From: Zootoca vivipara
Taxonomy: Eukaryota
Direction: 5' to 3'
NCBI RefSeq assembly: GCF_963506605.1
Contig: NC_083282.1
Location: 78,802,001 to 78,866,000 of the forward strand
DNA length: 64,000 nt
Shown: one piece after another, positions 1 to 12,260 of the stretch
Position numbering within the stretch: position 1 is the first letter of the stretch
How the letters are laid out: each line of letters opens with the position of its first letter
The notes under the pieces: generated by a model
Seen by the model: only the letters and a program-made list of their open reading frames with translations
What the model was told of the DNA's origin: nothing
Database searches by the model: none
Position numbers and translations under genes: made by a program

Positions 1-332
1 AGCAGCCCCAGCTGCGCCGTGCTGCACGTCAAGCCCAGGGACCCAGCAGTGGGCTCAGCGGGCGGCGCGCGAAGCCGCAGCAGCCGGCAGCAGCCCCAGC
101 CGTGCTGCACCGCGTCAAGCCCAGGGCCCCAGCAGTGGGCTCAGCGGGCGGCGCGCGAAGCCGCAACAGCCGGCAGCAGCCCCAGCCGCGTCAAGCCCAG
201 GAACCCAGCAGTGGGCTCAGCGGGCGGCGCGCGAAGCCGCAGCAGCCGGCAGGAGCCGGCAGCAGCCCCAGTCGCACCGCGCCGCACCGCGTCAAGCCCA
301 GGGCCCCAGCAGTGGGCTCAGCGGGCGGCGCA
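1..332. repeat. GC-rich minisatellite, about 4 units of 76-101 bp
   Basis: GTCAAGCCCAGG...CCCAGCAGTGGGCTCAGCGGGCGGCGC recurs at 28, 114, 190 and 291. Confidence 0.9.
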
Positions 333-480
333 AGAAAGCCCCGTACCATACCGGTACTTACCGGTAACAATGCTGTACCATGCTTAATAAAAAATAAGAC
401 ATCCCCCGAAAATAAGCCGTGATGTTTTTTTTTATAGGAAAAATAAATATAAGACGTGTCTTATTTTAGGAGAAACACGG
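1..480. mobile_element. Right part of a Tc1/mariner (pogo/Tc2-like) non-autonomous element with a GC-rich tandem-repeat core
   Basis: Ends AAGACGTGTCTTATTTTAGGAGAAACACGG|TA at 480, the same terminus and subterminal AAAATAAG repeats as the complete element at 5106-5340. The left end is outside the window. Confidence 0.75.
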
Positions 481-482
481 TA

Positions 483-515
483 ATTGGTCTCTAAGGTGCT
501 ACTGGAAGGAATGTT
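483..515 (+). mobile_element. Penelope-like terminal fragment interrupted by the pogo-like element
   Basis: TTGGTCTCTAAGGTGCTACTGGAAGGAAT is identical to the Penelope-type terminus at about 12153-12181. Confidence 0.6.
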
Positions 516-2318
516 TTTATTAAATAAATTTCATTACTGGACCTCAGAGACTGAGGTACATAGGTGACTCAACCAACATACCCAAGCTGCAATGTGCACA
601 TAGGGGTTTTAAAAGGACCAATTTGCATTCAAAACAAATGCACCCTGAGGTTAGAGAATTTCACATCTTCAGTGCAAGACTTCCTCAGGAAGATTTCACC
701 TTCAAAACTACAGCAGAGACTATTCTGAAGGTCAGAATAGCCTGACTAGGGACTTTTGAACTATTACAGCCATGACTGAGACAACTGGAAAACTATCTGG
801 TATCAGATGGCTACAAATCAACTAAACTGTCCAATTATGCAGTGTGAAGAATTATCTCTTGTGTATCCTAAACCTTCTATCTGTTTCAATGAGTGACCCC
901 ACGTTTCAGTATTACGAAACAGGGGGACTTTGTCTCTACTTTCTTGATCCCACTTCGCCTTTGAATTGCTCTGCACCATAAAATTGGCAGGAATTTTTCA
1001 TCCCAACATTTAGACCAAGCTAATGTAGGTAAGGTAGTGTGCATTGTCCTCCCACGTTCATTATGATACAGGAAACCACAAACAGTTGTTAAAAGAAAAG
1101 CAAGAATGAACTGACACAACAAAACAAGCGCTAGAAAGTATGCAGCTTTAATCTAATACTATTAATTGGACTGAATTTCTTAGGGGGAAACCGTCTGCGG
1201 CTCCTGCCGACAGACAACTACTAGACTGTGGGTGTCAGAACATGAAACACTGAATTGCAGGCTGTGCTGGCTGGTTAAGAACAGTTTATCACAGCAAGTG
1301 CTTTCCTTCCACTACTTCCTGTGTTTATCTGGAAACAAATGTTGTAATAACCTCCCATGGAAAAGCAACATAAAAAGCAGTTCAGTTCTTGCTCCGTTTA
1401 AAATCAGTTTATACATAATAGCTGGTATCATCAAAAGGCGGAACCACAAACACCTGAACAGCATAACTGCATAAATAAGGCCAGAATGCTCTAAATCCTA
1501 AATATAGCAATATCATAGCATTACAGATTGATACCTAAAATTGTTTTAGTAAAGCAGAGCCTGTCACTGTGCTGCACTTCACCACACCTTAAAAGAAGCA
1601 GACAAACCTCATCTATCGTAGCTACCCCTCTGGAAATGAACTTATTAAACAGTAAACCAAACATGTAGCTTGCATTTTATAATATAAACTTTTCCAGTTT
1701 ATTCCAATTTAATAAATATGTGTTTCAATCAAGATTACGGGAAATACAAGAACACTACAAACTAAAAAGACAAACACCAGCATGGAAACTGAGGTTCTAT
1801 CTTCAAGAATAGCCACATTTTCTCAAATGGGACATAGTAACTGGGACTGCGAGACCACTTTGGATTAATTTCAAATTGTGAACCAATCTGGAGCTCAAAA
1901 TGTTCTCTGAGCCTGGTCTCAAAGGCTTGCAAAAAAGGAAAACACTACCACAATAGGAAATGGTCAGGGAGGTGAGGAGGGGACCTACAGTTTACTCAAT
2001 GGCTACTTTAGCTTCCAATCAAAGGCTAGAATTTCACCCAACCCTTTCTAATCAGAGTGCTCACAGGCAAGGGTAGCAAAATGTCAAAAACAGCTGCTCT
2101 TGTTCAGTTTTCTAACTATTAATTAGCAAGAGTTTGGTGGCATATGTTCAGCCTGTCCTTCAGTACCCTACCCAACTCTCTTATTATATATTACAATGTT
2201 TCCCATATTACCTGAACTACTATAATCTCAACTGTGGCAACTGGTACCTGTTGTTGGCATCTGTCTGTTGCAAGACACAATGGAGTGTGCTTCTGGGGTG
2301 AAGTCAAACCACTGTCTG

Positions 2319-3229
2319 CCAGCTCTACCTCTCTTTTAAATCAGAACCAGTGAAGGTCCTGTGTGAGTACCTGGAGGCGGCTGCAGGATGGATGGCGGCT
2401 AACAGATTGAGGTTGAATCCTGACAAGACAGAAGTACTGTTCTTGGGGGACAGGGGGCGTGCTGGTGTGAAGGACTCCCTGGTCCTGAAAGGGGTAACTG
2501 TGCCCCTGAAGAACCAGCTGCACAGCCTGGGAGTCATTTTGGACTCACAGCGTCCAAGGAGGCACGGGTCAGTTCTGTATCCAGGGCAACTGTCTACCAG
2601 CTCCATCTGGTACGCAGGCTGAGACCCTACCTGCCTGCAGACTGTCTCGCCAGTGTGGTGCATGCTTTAGTTATCTCCCGCTAGGACTACTGCAATGCGC
2701 TCTACGTGGGGCTACCTTTGAAGGTGACCCAGAAACTACAACTAATCCAGAATGCGACAGCTAGACTGGTGACTGGGAGCGGCCGCCAAGACCATATAAC
2801 ACCAGTCCTGAAAGACCTACATTGGCTCCCAGTACGTTTCCAACCACAATACAAAGTGTTGGTGCTGACCTTTAAAGCCCTAAACGGCCTCGGCCCAGTA
2901 TACCTGAAGGAGCATATCTACCCCCATCGTTCTGCCCAGACACTGAGGTCCAGCGCCGAGGGCCTTCTGGCTGTTCCCTCACTGCGAGAAGCAAAGCTAC
3001 AGAGAACCAGGCAGAGGGCCTTCTTGGTAGTGGTGCCCGCCTTGTGGAATGCCCTCCCATCAGATGTCAAAGAGATAAACAACTACCTGACATTTAGAAA
3101 ACATCTGAAGGCAGCCCTGTTTAGGGAAGTTTTTAATGTGTGACATTTTAATGAACAGTATTTTAATCTTTGTTGGAAGCTGCCCAGAGTGGCTAGGGAA
3201 ACCCAGCCAGATGGGTGGGGTACAAATAA

Positions 3230-3279
<50 letters not shown>
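2319..3279 (+). mobile_element. L2 LINE, 5'-truncated (RT C-terminus plus 3' UTR and (TTA)n tail)
   Basis: Frameshifted ORF2 remnants WMAANRLRLNPDKTEVL and HITPVLKDLHWLPVRF...FRKHLKAALFREVF, then a (TTA)n tail. Confidence 0.92.
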
Positions 3280-3280
<1 letters not shown>

Positions 3281-4885
3281 TCATCCTCCACTATTGAGCC
3301 CAGCACCACCACAGGACTCATGACACTAATACTAATCTTTGGGGTGCGGGAAGAGGAAGCAGCCTCAAATCCTACTTGCATTTTATTTCCTTTAGTCATA
3401 CCATTTTAAGCAGTCCACCAGGATTCAGTTCACACTTACTTACAGGAGCACTGCAGTTGCTTTCCCACAGTTCCAGGAACATGTACAAGAACAAATGCAA
3501 AGATAGAGTTAATGTTATAGTTCATTCACATGTTACTGTTGCCCAGGACAACAAACTCATGGCAAGGAACTACATTAACTGTTCATATATATACACATTC
3601 CTGTAACGGCATTACATTTCAGGAAATAAATTCTCGCAGGTAAATGTTTATTTACAAGCCCCAATTATCAAGAAAGATTGGGACTCAATAGGACCAAAAC
3701 CAGAAGAAACCATTGCTGCTGCAGTTCAGTGGGCAATAGGTGACAAAAAGGGAGGTTAAGAGAGCCCTTCTCCAAGCCTCTTCTTGAGTTACCACACACT
3801 TCATCCCTATTTAATTACTGTGTGGCTTGGGTACTACAAAATAGTTTCCAAAGCCTACAAAAGCAAAACAATATCTCGCCAGAAGTCATTACAGATAAAT
3901 ATTCTATGCCCTGCTCTAGCATATGCAGCAGTAGGAGTTATTTGGCAAAAAGGCTGTTAATTTGCCTATTGCTTAAAATAATTTTGTCACATTGCTTCCT
4001 TCTAACTTTGATGTTTGTTGTAAAGTTTGTTGCAAATTCCATCTTGAAAACATCCCCAATAAATTGGTGCCAATAGTATTCTGGAGAAATGATTAATTAC
4101 AAGGAATATAATACCTGTTTGAATTAAGATGCAAAAATGAATTCTTTAGTTTAAAAGAAAGCAAAGGTATTTTATATTCGTTCATAAATATGGAACTCAA
4201 ACTAGGAAACATTTCAATTAAGCTTTCGAACAGGTGCAATTACATCTCTGTTTAAAATGCATTAACTTGGCAACTTCTTTAAGAGCAACTTCATTCAGAG
4301 ACACTCAACCATCTGGGTTTCAAACACTGCTTATTTGTAAAGGTGACTCAAGTATTACTATGCTGCTAAATAGGTTTTCAAATCTGCTTAATTAACTTCA
4401 GCCAGTCATTTCACTTTCTACATACATTGTGAATTTCAGGGTAATAACATATGTGGAACCAGCCTAGATTTCAAACCAATGTTTCTTGAAAACGAAAGAA
4501 CCTTAAACAATACTGACTGAGACTACCATGTCACTATGACAGGAGTTATAATGCAACATGGTCTATTAATATTGCATATTATTTCCTTCACAATTTGGTT
4601 GTTAATCTCATTGCTTCCCTGATTAACCTCCAGCAGCTTCAAGCAGTATTATCCTTATGTATTTGTTGCCTAATTGTATTGCCAGGATTGGGGTACATCT
4701 TTTTTCTTTTGGTTCCAAGGTTTGGTACACTGGGGTCAGAGATGGTTGCATTCTTCATTTACTTACAACTCTCTAGGTTGCATTGTATTTGGAAAAATAA
4801 AGGTTTTTTATTTAATAGATAGAGAGACATAGTTGTAGTTATAACCTTTTATACATTGCCTGAGTTCATATAACATCAATGGCAC

Positions 4886-6056
4886 CAGGGTGGATTTGAT
4901 TTAAATCAATCTGATTTAAATCACGATTTAAATCACTAGTCAGTAAGGCTTGATTTAAATCATAGTTTTCTACGTAAACACTAATTCTTGCTGGTATAGC
5001 TTTAATATGCAAGTAGATGAATATTTTTAGAATAACAACTTTTCATATTAGTTTTTTATCCCCAGTTTAATGGGTTATTCATATTTGGACAACTTTACTG
5101 TTGTACCCTGTTTCTCATATTTTAAGACATACCCATAAAATAAGCCATAGGAGGATTTTTAAGCATTCAAGGAATATAAGCCATACCCCGAAAATAAGGC
5201 ATAGTGATAGGCGCAGCAGCAATGCCGGCCGTGGCAGGAGGAGGAGGAAAAAAATAAGACATCCCTTGAAAATAAGCCATAGTGTGTTTTCTTGAGGAAA
5301 AAATAAATATAAGACGTGTCTTATAATATGAGAAACACGGTACTTAGGAAGGAGAAAAATAATCATTACCTGAATAATAACAATTTAAATAGATTTATTC
5401 AACTGAAACAATAACATTACAGCATATGTTATTTGCTTAAACAAACATCCATGTTTGTTAACTAATTTGGCTAAACAAAAACAATATGTATATATATTTT
5501 AAGAAACTTAGGCTGTCAGCCCAGCCTACACATGAAAAACTTAAATACTGTCCACTCCAAACAATCAGAAAAATATTGTTTCTATTCTATTCACTGAACT
5601 TCTTGAAACTTAGCACTGAAGGGGTTGTTTCTGTATTCATAGGTTTGTAGAACAATAGGATTAAGGTCTTTTTCTCAACTCTGTTCATGTTATAACATTT
5701 TTGCTGTGAAGAAGAGGCATGTGATCTCTGTTGAGTCAAATTCAGTTTTGAGAACTGCAAAAGTAAACCAAGCACCTGTGATAATATCTTGTAGGCAGAG
5801 AAACTGCCCAATAATCTTACAAAAACCTCTGGAAGAGCATGACATTGCGAATGGATTAATGGAATTTATTTATCCAAAAAATTAAACATATACAACCTTA
5901 TGCTACATAATTAAAAAACTAATCTTTATTTCATGATGGAATAACCTTAGGATGGTAATATATTTTCCTCAAAAAGCATTTTATTTAAAAAAAATCCAAT
6001 TTAAATCAAAAAATCCGATTTTTTTTTAAAAAAATCATTGATTTTTATCCACCCTG
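4886..6056 (+). mobile_element. hAT non-autonomous transposon, copy A
   Basis: TIR CAGGGTGGAT...ATCCACCCTG, perfect 8-bp TSD AATGGCAC (4878-4885 and 6057-6064), subterminal ATTTAAATCA repeats. Confidence 0.93.
5106..5340. mobile_element. pogo/Tc2-like MITE nested in hAT copy A
   Basis: TIRs CCCTGTTTCTCATATT / AATATGAGAAACACGG with TA duplication. The empty site (GTTGTACTTAGG) is present in hAT copy B. Confidence 0.9.
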
Positions 6057-6191
6057 AATGGCACCCCTCCTTTACCGCTGGTTTTGTGCAAGCACCTTTG
6101 GAAACAATTTTTTTTGCACCACATTACTTAGCTCCCAGCAAGTTATCTCTGCCAGCTTTTGGTATAGCCAATGAAAGCCCATGTCCCAAAG

Positions 6192-6469
6192 CAGGGGGCG
6201 GTAAGGTTTACCTCACCTGGGCTGGTTCACTCCAGCAGAGATCCCTTCGAGGGCCGGATTGCGTACACGTGTGCCCGCAATTTCTGGCGCCTGCGTTTGC
6301 ACAGACACAATTTCCGGCGCCGCAGAAACGAGTCCCTGCACCGCACTGGTTTAGCACAGCGCGTGGGGACTCGCCAAGTGGGCGACTTGGTTCGGGGGCA
6401 GCTCATGGGCCGGTTAAACAACCCCTGTGGGCCGCTTGTGGACCATGGGCCTTAGGTTGCCCACCCCTG
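6192..6469. mobile_element. hAT (Charlie-like) MITE
   Basis: CAGGGG...CCCCTG termini and 8-bp TSD TCCCAAAG (6184-6191 and 6470-6477). Confidence 0.85.
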
Positions 6470-6654
6470 TCCCAAAGTAACCATTCATCTACACACCACT
6501 TGGGTGCAGTACCAATTTCTGAACATTTAAAAGTCTCTTTTCATTATTCAGTGTACATAATACAGACATTTTATGTACAATATTAATAGTGCTTTGGTTT
6601 CAAACTTATTGAGGACATTTTGTGCAAAAGCTTCCAAAAAATCATTGTCCTTAC

Positions 6655-6731
6655 CGAACCTCCCACTTCAGCGAGTATTACGCCTATTATATGAGGTCAC
6701 AGCACAGGCATAGGCGAAAGTTCATATCCTC
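6655..6731 (-). other. ADNP: Probable ADNP 5'-UTR exon (77 nt)
   Basis: Strong acceptor ttggttttgtttag| and donor CG|gtaagg in unique sequence. Synteny places it in ADNP, and the size resembles the short last non-coding ADNP exon of mammals. No transcript evidence is available. Confidence 0.55.
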
Positions 6732-8368
6732 CTAAACAAAACCAAGTGTTAAATAAAATTAAAGTGAGATAAGCCTTAAGAGTTATGGTTGTGACAATTA
6801 GTTCTAAAAGCATATTACAGTAGAAAGTGGCACTGTTAAAAAAGTAACTACTTGGAACAAAAACATAGCACACTAGCCAATCCATATCTGCCAATGCAGC
6901 AAAATACTTCGTTGAAAAATAAGCGAAGGAGTTCATCTATAAGCATACAGAACACTTAAGTATGCAATAAATTGGAATTTTATCAGTTTTATGCCACAGT
7001 CTGTTCATTACTAGCCTACATTTTAAGCAAAATCCAAAGTAGTGCTTATAGCAAGGTAGCATCTCAACCTATATATATATATATATTTGCGATTTCATCA
7101 AAACACTGGCTCGTATACTTTTTCTGTACATTAGCATGCCTTTAGTTCTACTTTTCTCCATTGCTGGTCACAGCACTTAAACCTATGCATGCTTAAGTTA
7201 ATAGCTAACTAATTCCCAGTGCTATCAGAGAAAGCACCAACAGGAAGAATTTGTTGATGGCTATAATCCTATTCAGGCATTTGGGAATAATGGCTGTGGG
7301 CTTAAAGTGGGGAGAGGGATGCAAAACCTGCCCCCAATATCCTTGCACACACTGGTTCCACTTCAGAGCTTTCCATATTCAGCACGGAAGTCTGAAGGGG
7401 ATTCTAAGTGCTTTTGGGCAAGCATGCTTAGAATCCTCCCTGGAATCAGAAAGCCTTTACTTGAGAGACTGTCACTTCAGATCTTCATACTGAACATGCA
7501 AAGGACGGAAGTGGAACCAGTACATGCAGGGATGTTCTAGCCAGGCTTGTGTGCATGCACTCCTCTTTCAAGACCACAGTCTTTCATCCCAAGTTCACGA
7601 ATAGGGCTTCCAAATGCACTATCCCATCCCAGTAAGTCTTCCATAACTCTCTATGTGATGCGGGTGACAGTCCCAGGCAATGAAGGGATAGACCTGCAGT
7701 ATTTCTAAGTTAGTCAACTTTGCACATAATGACATACTTGCTCATTAAAATCAAAATAAAGATGTATCTGGAGCACAAAAAGGACACATTTCATAGAAAC
7801 AATCATCTAAGCACAGCCATATTTTAAAATAAACAGGCTTTTTTTGTCTGTAAGTAATATGCAGGCTGTGGTAAACTAGTGCAGTTTTTCTTACCCTTTC
7901 AATGGAAGTTGAAGAATGTCCGATTTCCATAGAGATTTTAGAAGGACAGAAATCTTACAACTGTTCCGAGTATAGTCATCCTAAAGAAAGTTCTAGTGCT
8001 GAGGTGACAACCAAGTGATTCCCCCTTTCTTTTGGGGACAAGAGGACATTTCCAATTAAAAGGGCATAGGACTGAAGTCGGAACTGTTAGCATATATCTA
8101 AATGCAGTAGCGCATTTATGTAGCAGGAGCATTCTCAACTTAAAACCACAATCCAAAATCTGTACACCTTATTAGTAGATAATGTCTACAGAACTTGCTA
8201 ATGGCTAAAGAACTCTACTGACTTGCGGCATGCTTATTTCAACAAGCACCCCACATGACTTTTTTTCTACGAAAGAATGCAGAAATGATCACTGCTATGC
8301 ATTTGCTTCTGCTGCAACTTGCATCAGTTACTTATTCTAATATCAGTTCTGGGGAGTTAGGTTTAGTT

Positions 8369-8775
8369 CAGGGGTCCCCAGACTTTCTGCGCGGCGGGCC
8401 GGTGCCCGCCGCGCCGACCGCGCGGTGGGCCGGAGGGCAGGGGAGTGCGCGCGCAGCGGGCCGGAGGGCGGGGGAGTGCGCGCCCGTGCGCATGCGCACA
8501 CGCACACGGGCGGGGAAAAATCGCCAAAAATCGCTTGTGCGCATGCGTATGGGCCTCCCCCGACCCGGAAGTGCACCAGAAATGACCTCTTCCGGGTCGG
8601 GAGAGGCCCATACGCATGCGCACAAAGGATTTTCGGCGATTTTTTGCCGATTTTTTAGATCGTCGCTGCGCCGCGCGCCGTGAGAGCGGGCGGCGGCAGC
8701 GGGCGGCGTCGCGGGCCGGATTGGAAGGCCGATTGGGCCGCATCTGGCCCGGGGGCCGTAGTTTGGGGACCCCTG
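8369..8775. mobile_element. hAT (Charlie-like) MITE with a CpG-rich palindromic core
   Basis: TIR CAGGGGTCCCC / GGGGACCCCTG, 8-bp TSD GTTTAGTT (8361-8368 and 8776-8783), internal inverted repeat at about 8515-8646. Confidence 0.92.
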
Positions 8776-8830
8776 GTTTAGTTGCAGTAGAGCATGGGAT
8801 CACTGATATTGTTCCAATACCATCATGAAA

Positions 8831-9367
8831 ATGATGATGATAATAATTTATTATTTGTACCCCGCCCATCCGGCTGGGTCTCCCCAGCCACTCTGTGCAG
8901 CTTCCAGCAAATATTAAAATTCATTAAAATGTCACAAATTAAAAACTTCCCTAAACAGGGCTGCCTTCAGATGTTTTCTAAATGTCAGGTAGTTGTTTAT
9001 CTCTTTGACCTCTGATGGGAGGGCATTCCACAAGGCGGGCGCCACTACCAAGAAGGCCCTCTGCCCGGTTCCCTGTAGCTTTGCTTCTCGCATTGAGGGA
9101 ACCGCCAGAAGGCCCTCGGCGCTGGACCTCAGTGTCTGGGCAGAACGATGGGGGTGGAGATGCTCCTTCAGGTATACTGGGCCGAGGCCGTTTAGGGCTT
9201 TAAAGGTCAGCACCAACACTTTGAATTGTGCTCGGAAACGTACTGGGAGCCAATGTAGGCCTTTCAGGACTGGTGTTATATGGCCTCGACGGTCGCTCCC
9301 AGTCACCAGTCTAGCTGCCGCATTCTGGATCAGTTGTAGTTTCCGGGTCACCTTCAAAGGTAGCCCC
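8831..9367 (-). mobile_element. L2 LINE 3' fragment
   Basis: ORF 8932-9372(-) GLPLKVTRKLQLIQNAAARLVTG...HWLPVRF is nearly identical to the copy at 2706-3143. It has a (TTA/TCA)n tail. Confidence 0.92.
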
Positions 9368-9394
9368 TTCAAATGAGAGTTTGAGGCAGGGATT

Positions 9395-10370
9395 CAGGGT
9401 GGATAAAAATAAATGATTTTTTTTATTTAAAAAAACGGATTTTTTTGATTTAAATCAGATTTTTTTTATTTAAATCAATTTTTTTGATTTAATTTGGATT
9501 TTTTTAAATAAAATGCTTTTTGAGGAAAATATATTACCACCCAAAGGTTATTCCATCATGAAATAAAGATTAGTTTTTTAATTATGTAGAATAAGGTTGT
9601 ATATGTTTAATTTTTGGGATAAATAAATTCCATTAATCCATTCACAATGTCATGCTCTTCCAGAGGTTTTTGTAAGATTATTGGGCAGTTTCTCTGCCTA
9701 CAAGATATTATCACAGGTGCTTGGTTTACTTTTGCAGTTCTCAAAACTGAATTGACTCAACAGAGATCACATGCCTCTTCTTCACAGCAAAAATGTTATA
9801 ACATGAACAGAGTTGAGAAAAAGACCTTAATCCTATTGTTCTACAAACCTATGAATACAGAAACAACCCCTTCAGTGCTAAGTTTCAAGAAGTTCAGTGA
9901 ATAGAATAGAAACAATATTTTTCTGATTGTTTGGAGTGGACAGTATTTAAGTTTTTCATGTGTAGGCTGGGCTGACAGTCTAAGTTTCTTAAAATATATA
10001 TATTTTGTTTTTGTTTAGCCAAATTAGTTAACAAACATGAATGTTTGTTTAAGCAAATAACATATGCTGTAATGTTATTGTTTCAGTTGAATAAATCTAT
10101 TTAAATTGTTATTATTAAGGTAATGATTATTTTTCTCCTTCCTAAGTACAACAGTAAAGTTGTCCAAATATGAATGATTAACCTATTAAACTGGGGATAA
10201 AAAACTAATATGAAAAGTTGTTATTCTAAAAATCTTCATCTACTTGCATATTAAAGTTATACCAGCAAGAATTAGTCTTTATGTAGAAAACTATTATTTA
10301 AATCAAGCCTTACTGACTAGTGATTTAAATCGTGATTTAAATCAGTTTGATTTAAATCAAATCCACCCTG
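9395..10370 (-). mobile_element. hAT non-autonomous transposon, copy B (inverted relative to copy A)
   Basis: Same TIRs as copy A, 8-bp TSD CAGGGATT (9387-9394 and 10371-10378). It is the near-identical reverse complement of 4886-6056 without the nested MITE. Confidence 0.93.
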
Positions 10371-11844
10371 CAGGGATTTGAATAAAGTAAGGGAAACAAG
10401 GCATTCTGGGAAAGGTTTCCAGGCGTAACAGGCAACAGAAGTTTCAGGAAGCAGAATAGCTTCAGATAACTGTGACATACTAGACAAGCAAATACATCTT
10501 GCCTGGACTGGCTCCATGAAGCATTCAAGGTAACAGAGGTTTATGTGACTCACTGAACTGGGATCATTAACTTTCCTTCTGAAATAACTAAGTTTCTATA
10601 GAGTATATCAGCCTGTTGATCAGCATTCGAAATTTGCCAGGCACATTTTGCACCTGGCTATTGGCCACATGTGACCAAGTAAAGATGTCCAGGCACCAGG
10701 ATGGCGCCCAACATCTCCAACATCTGGAGGTGCTTGCCTGGAGATCCTTGGATCTTGCCTGTTTTCACACATTAACCACACATCCTGTAGAATTCTATCT
10801 GTGGTGTTTTATCTGCATAATCAGAAAGAATTCCAGGAAGCAAAAAGCACATTGAAAAATATAACTTTCAAACCGTCCGGCCCTAAAATGCCAACTGGCC
10901 ATTCCATTTTGGTGACCGTAATCCTAGTTTAAGGAGTCATTTGGTGCCTTGCTTATTTACCTGAGTTTTTAACACTGCTGTTGATGTAAGCACTGAACAA
11001 ACCAAGACTGTTCATAAGATTAGATTTAGGTCATCTGCTTACAAGACTCCTCCACTCAAGTCAACCTGTTTTGTTTACAAGGCACTATAGCATATGATTA
11101 TGGCACGGTAGTTTTAAAACCATAGGTGAAATTTAAACACATGAGCCAGGATCCAGAAAAAAATTATTAAGCCCAGGCATCCAAATTGTACTAGCTACAA
11201 TTGTACAGTACTAGTGCCCCAACAATTCATTTTTTCTTTGAACAAATTACTCCTTTGTCTCATCATAACCCACTTCTGAAAATCCACTCAGTTGCAAAAG
11301 CGGTTTGTTACACTGCAGGGGACAGGGGCTACTGCTGGATATAAACACCCAAAACCACTTTGGGTTTCTGGAACAATTCATGGTTCTTTGGATATTGGCC
11401 ATAGACCAAAAGAAATTCAGTCTATGAGACAATGATTTAAAAATGTTCAACAGCATATACTGTACATTGTTCATCCGCTATTCATTCATCAGCCTGGCCT
11501 TAGCACAGAGCATGTTGCAGGTAAAGGTTAGAATTTGACAGTTACAAAAAATAGCCCAAGCAACACAAATGCTAACAGGCTACAAGAGAAGCACAGTTAA
11601 ACTAGGATGGCAGAGCAGATATTTTTAAAGCCACTCTGAAAAGGTAAGCATAACCCCATATAACCTTCACCTTCAGCTACTCCAACCCAAATCACAGTAA
11701 ACTGTTCTAGTGTTGGAAATTAGCCAGGTGCCAGGAGCATTTTGCAACTGGCAGAAGCCCAATTGCAACCACATGGAGATCTCTGGATGCCAGGTTGGCA
11801 ACTGACATCTCCATCTGCAGGTAAGCAGAAGAGATTCTTCATTG

Positions 11845-12260
11845 CATTTATATACCACCTTTTTCCTCTGAGTAGTACACGATTCACCCCACTCCTCAAT
11901 CCCTAAAACAACCCTGTGAGGTAGCTTAAGAGGCTGTGACTGACCCAAGGTCACCCAGTGAGCTTCATGACTCGGTGGGAATTTGAACCCTGATCTCCCA
12001 AGTTCTAGTCCAACACTCTAATCACTATAAAAAATTCCTTTCAGTAGCACATTAGAGACCAACTAAGTTTGTTATTGGTATGAGATTTCGTGTGCATGCA
12101 TACTTCTTCACATACCCATGCACATGAAAGCTCATACCAATGACAAACTTAGTTGGTCTCTAAGGTGCTACTGGAAGGAATTTTTTAAATTTTGTTTCGA
12201 CTATGGCAGACCAACACAGGTACCTACCTGCAACACTAATCACTACACCTTACTGGCTTC
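11845..12260 (-). mobile_element. tRNA-derived SINE interrupted by a Penelope insertion
   Basis: CCCAAGGTCACCCAG core and TTTGAACCC box-B-like head. The sequence resumes (CACTACACC) after the insertion. Confidence 0.6.
12029..12230. mobile_element. Penelope-like element remnant with inverted pseudo-LTR arms
   Basis: Arms of about 70 bp (12029-12098 and 12117-12186), reptile Penelope-type terminus GGTCTCTAAGGTGCTAC...CAGACCAACAC, imperfect flanking duplication CAACACT(CT)AATCACTA. Confidence 0.75.

Noticed and set aside
19-422. Repetitive 122-aa and 106-aa ORFs
   Set aside because: Translations of a minisatellite inside a MITE. Unit lengths do not preserve frame.
1-6600. ADNP first coding exon (MFQLPVNNLGSLRK...)
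   Set aside because: Searched by eye on the minus strand and not found. It presumably lies left of the window, so the ADNP calls rest on synteny and splice signals.
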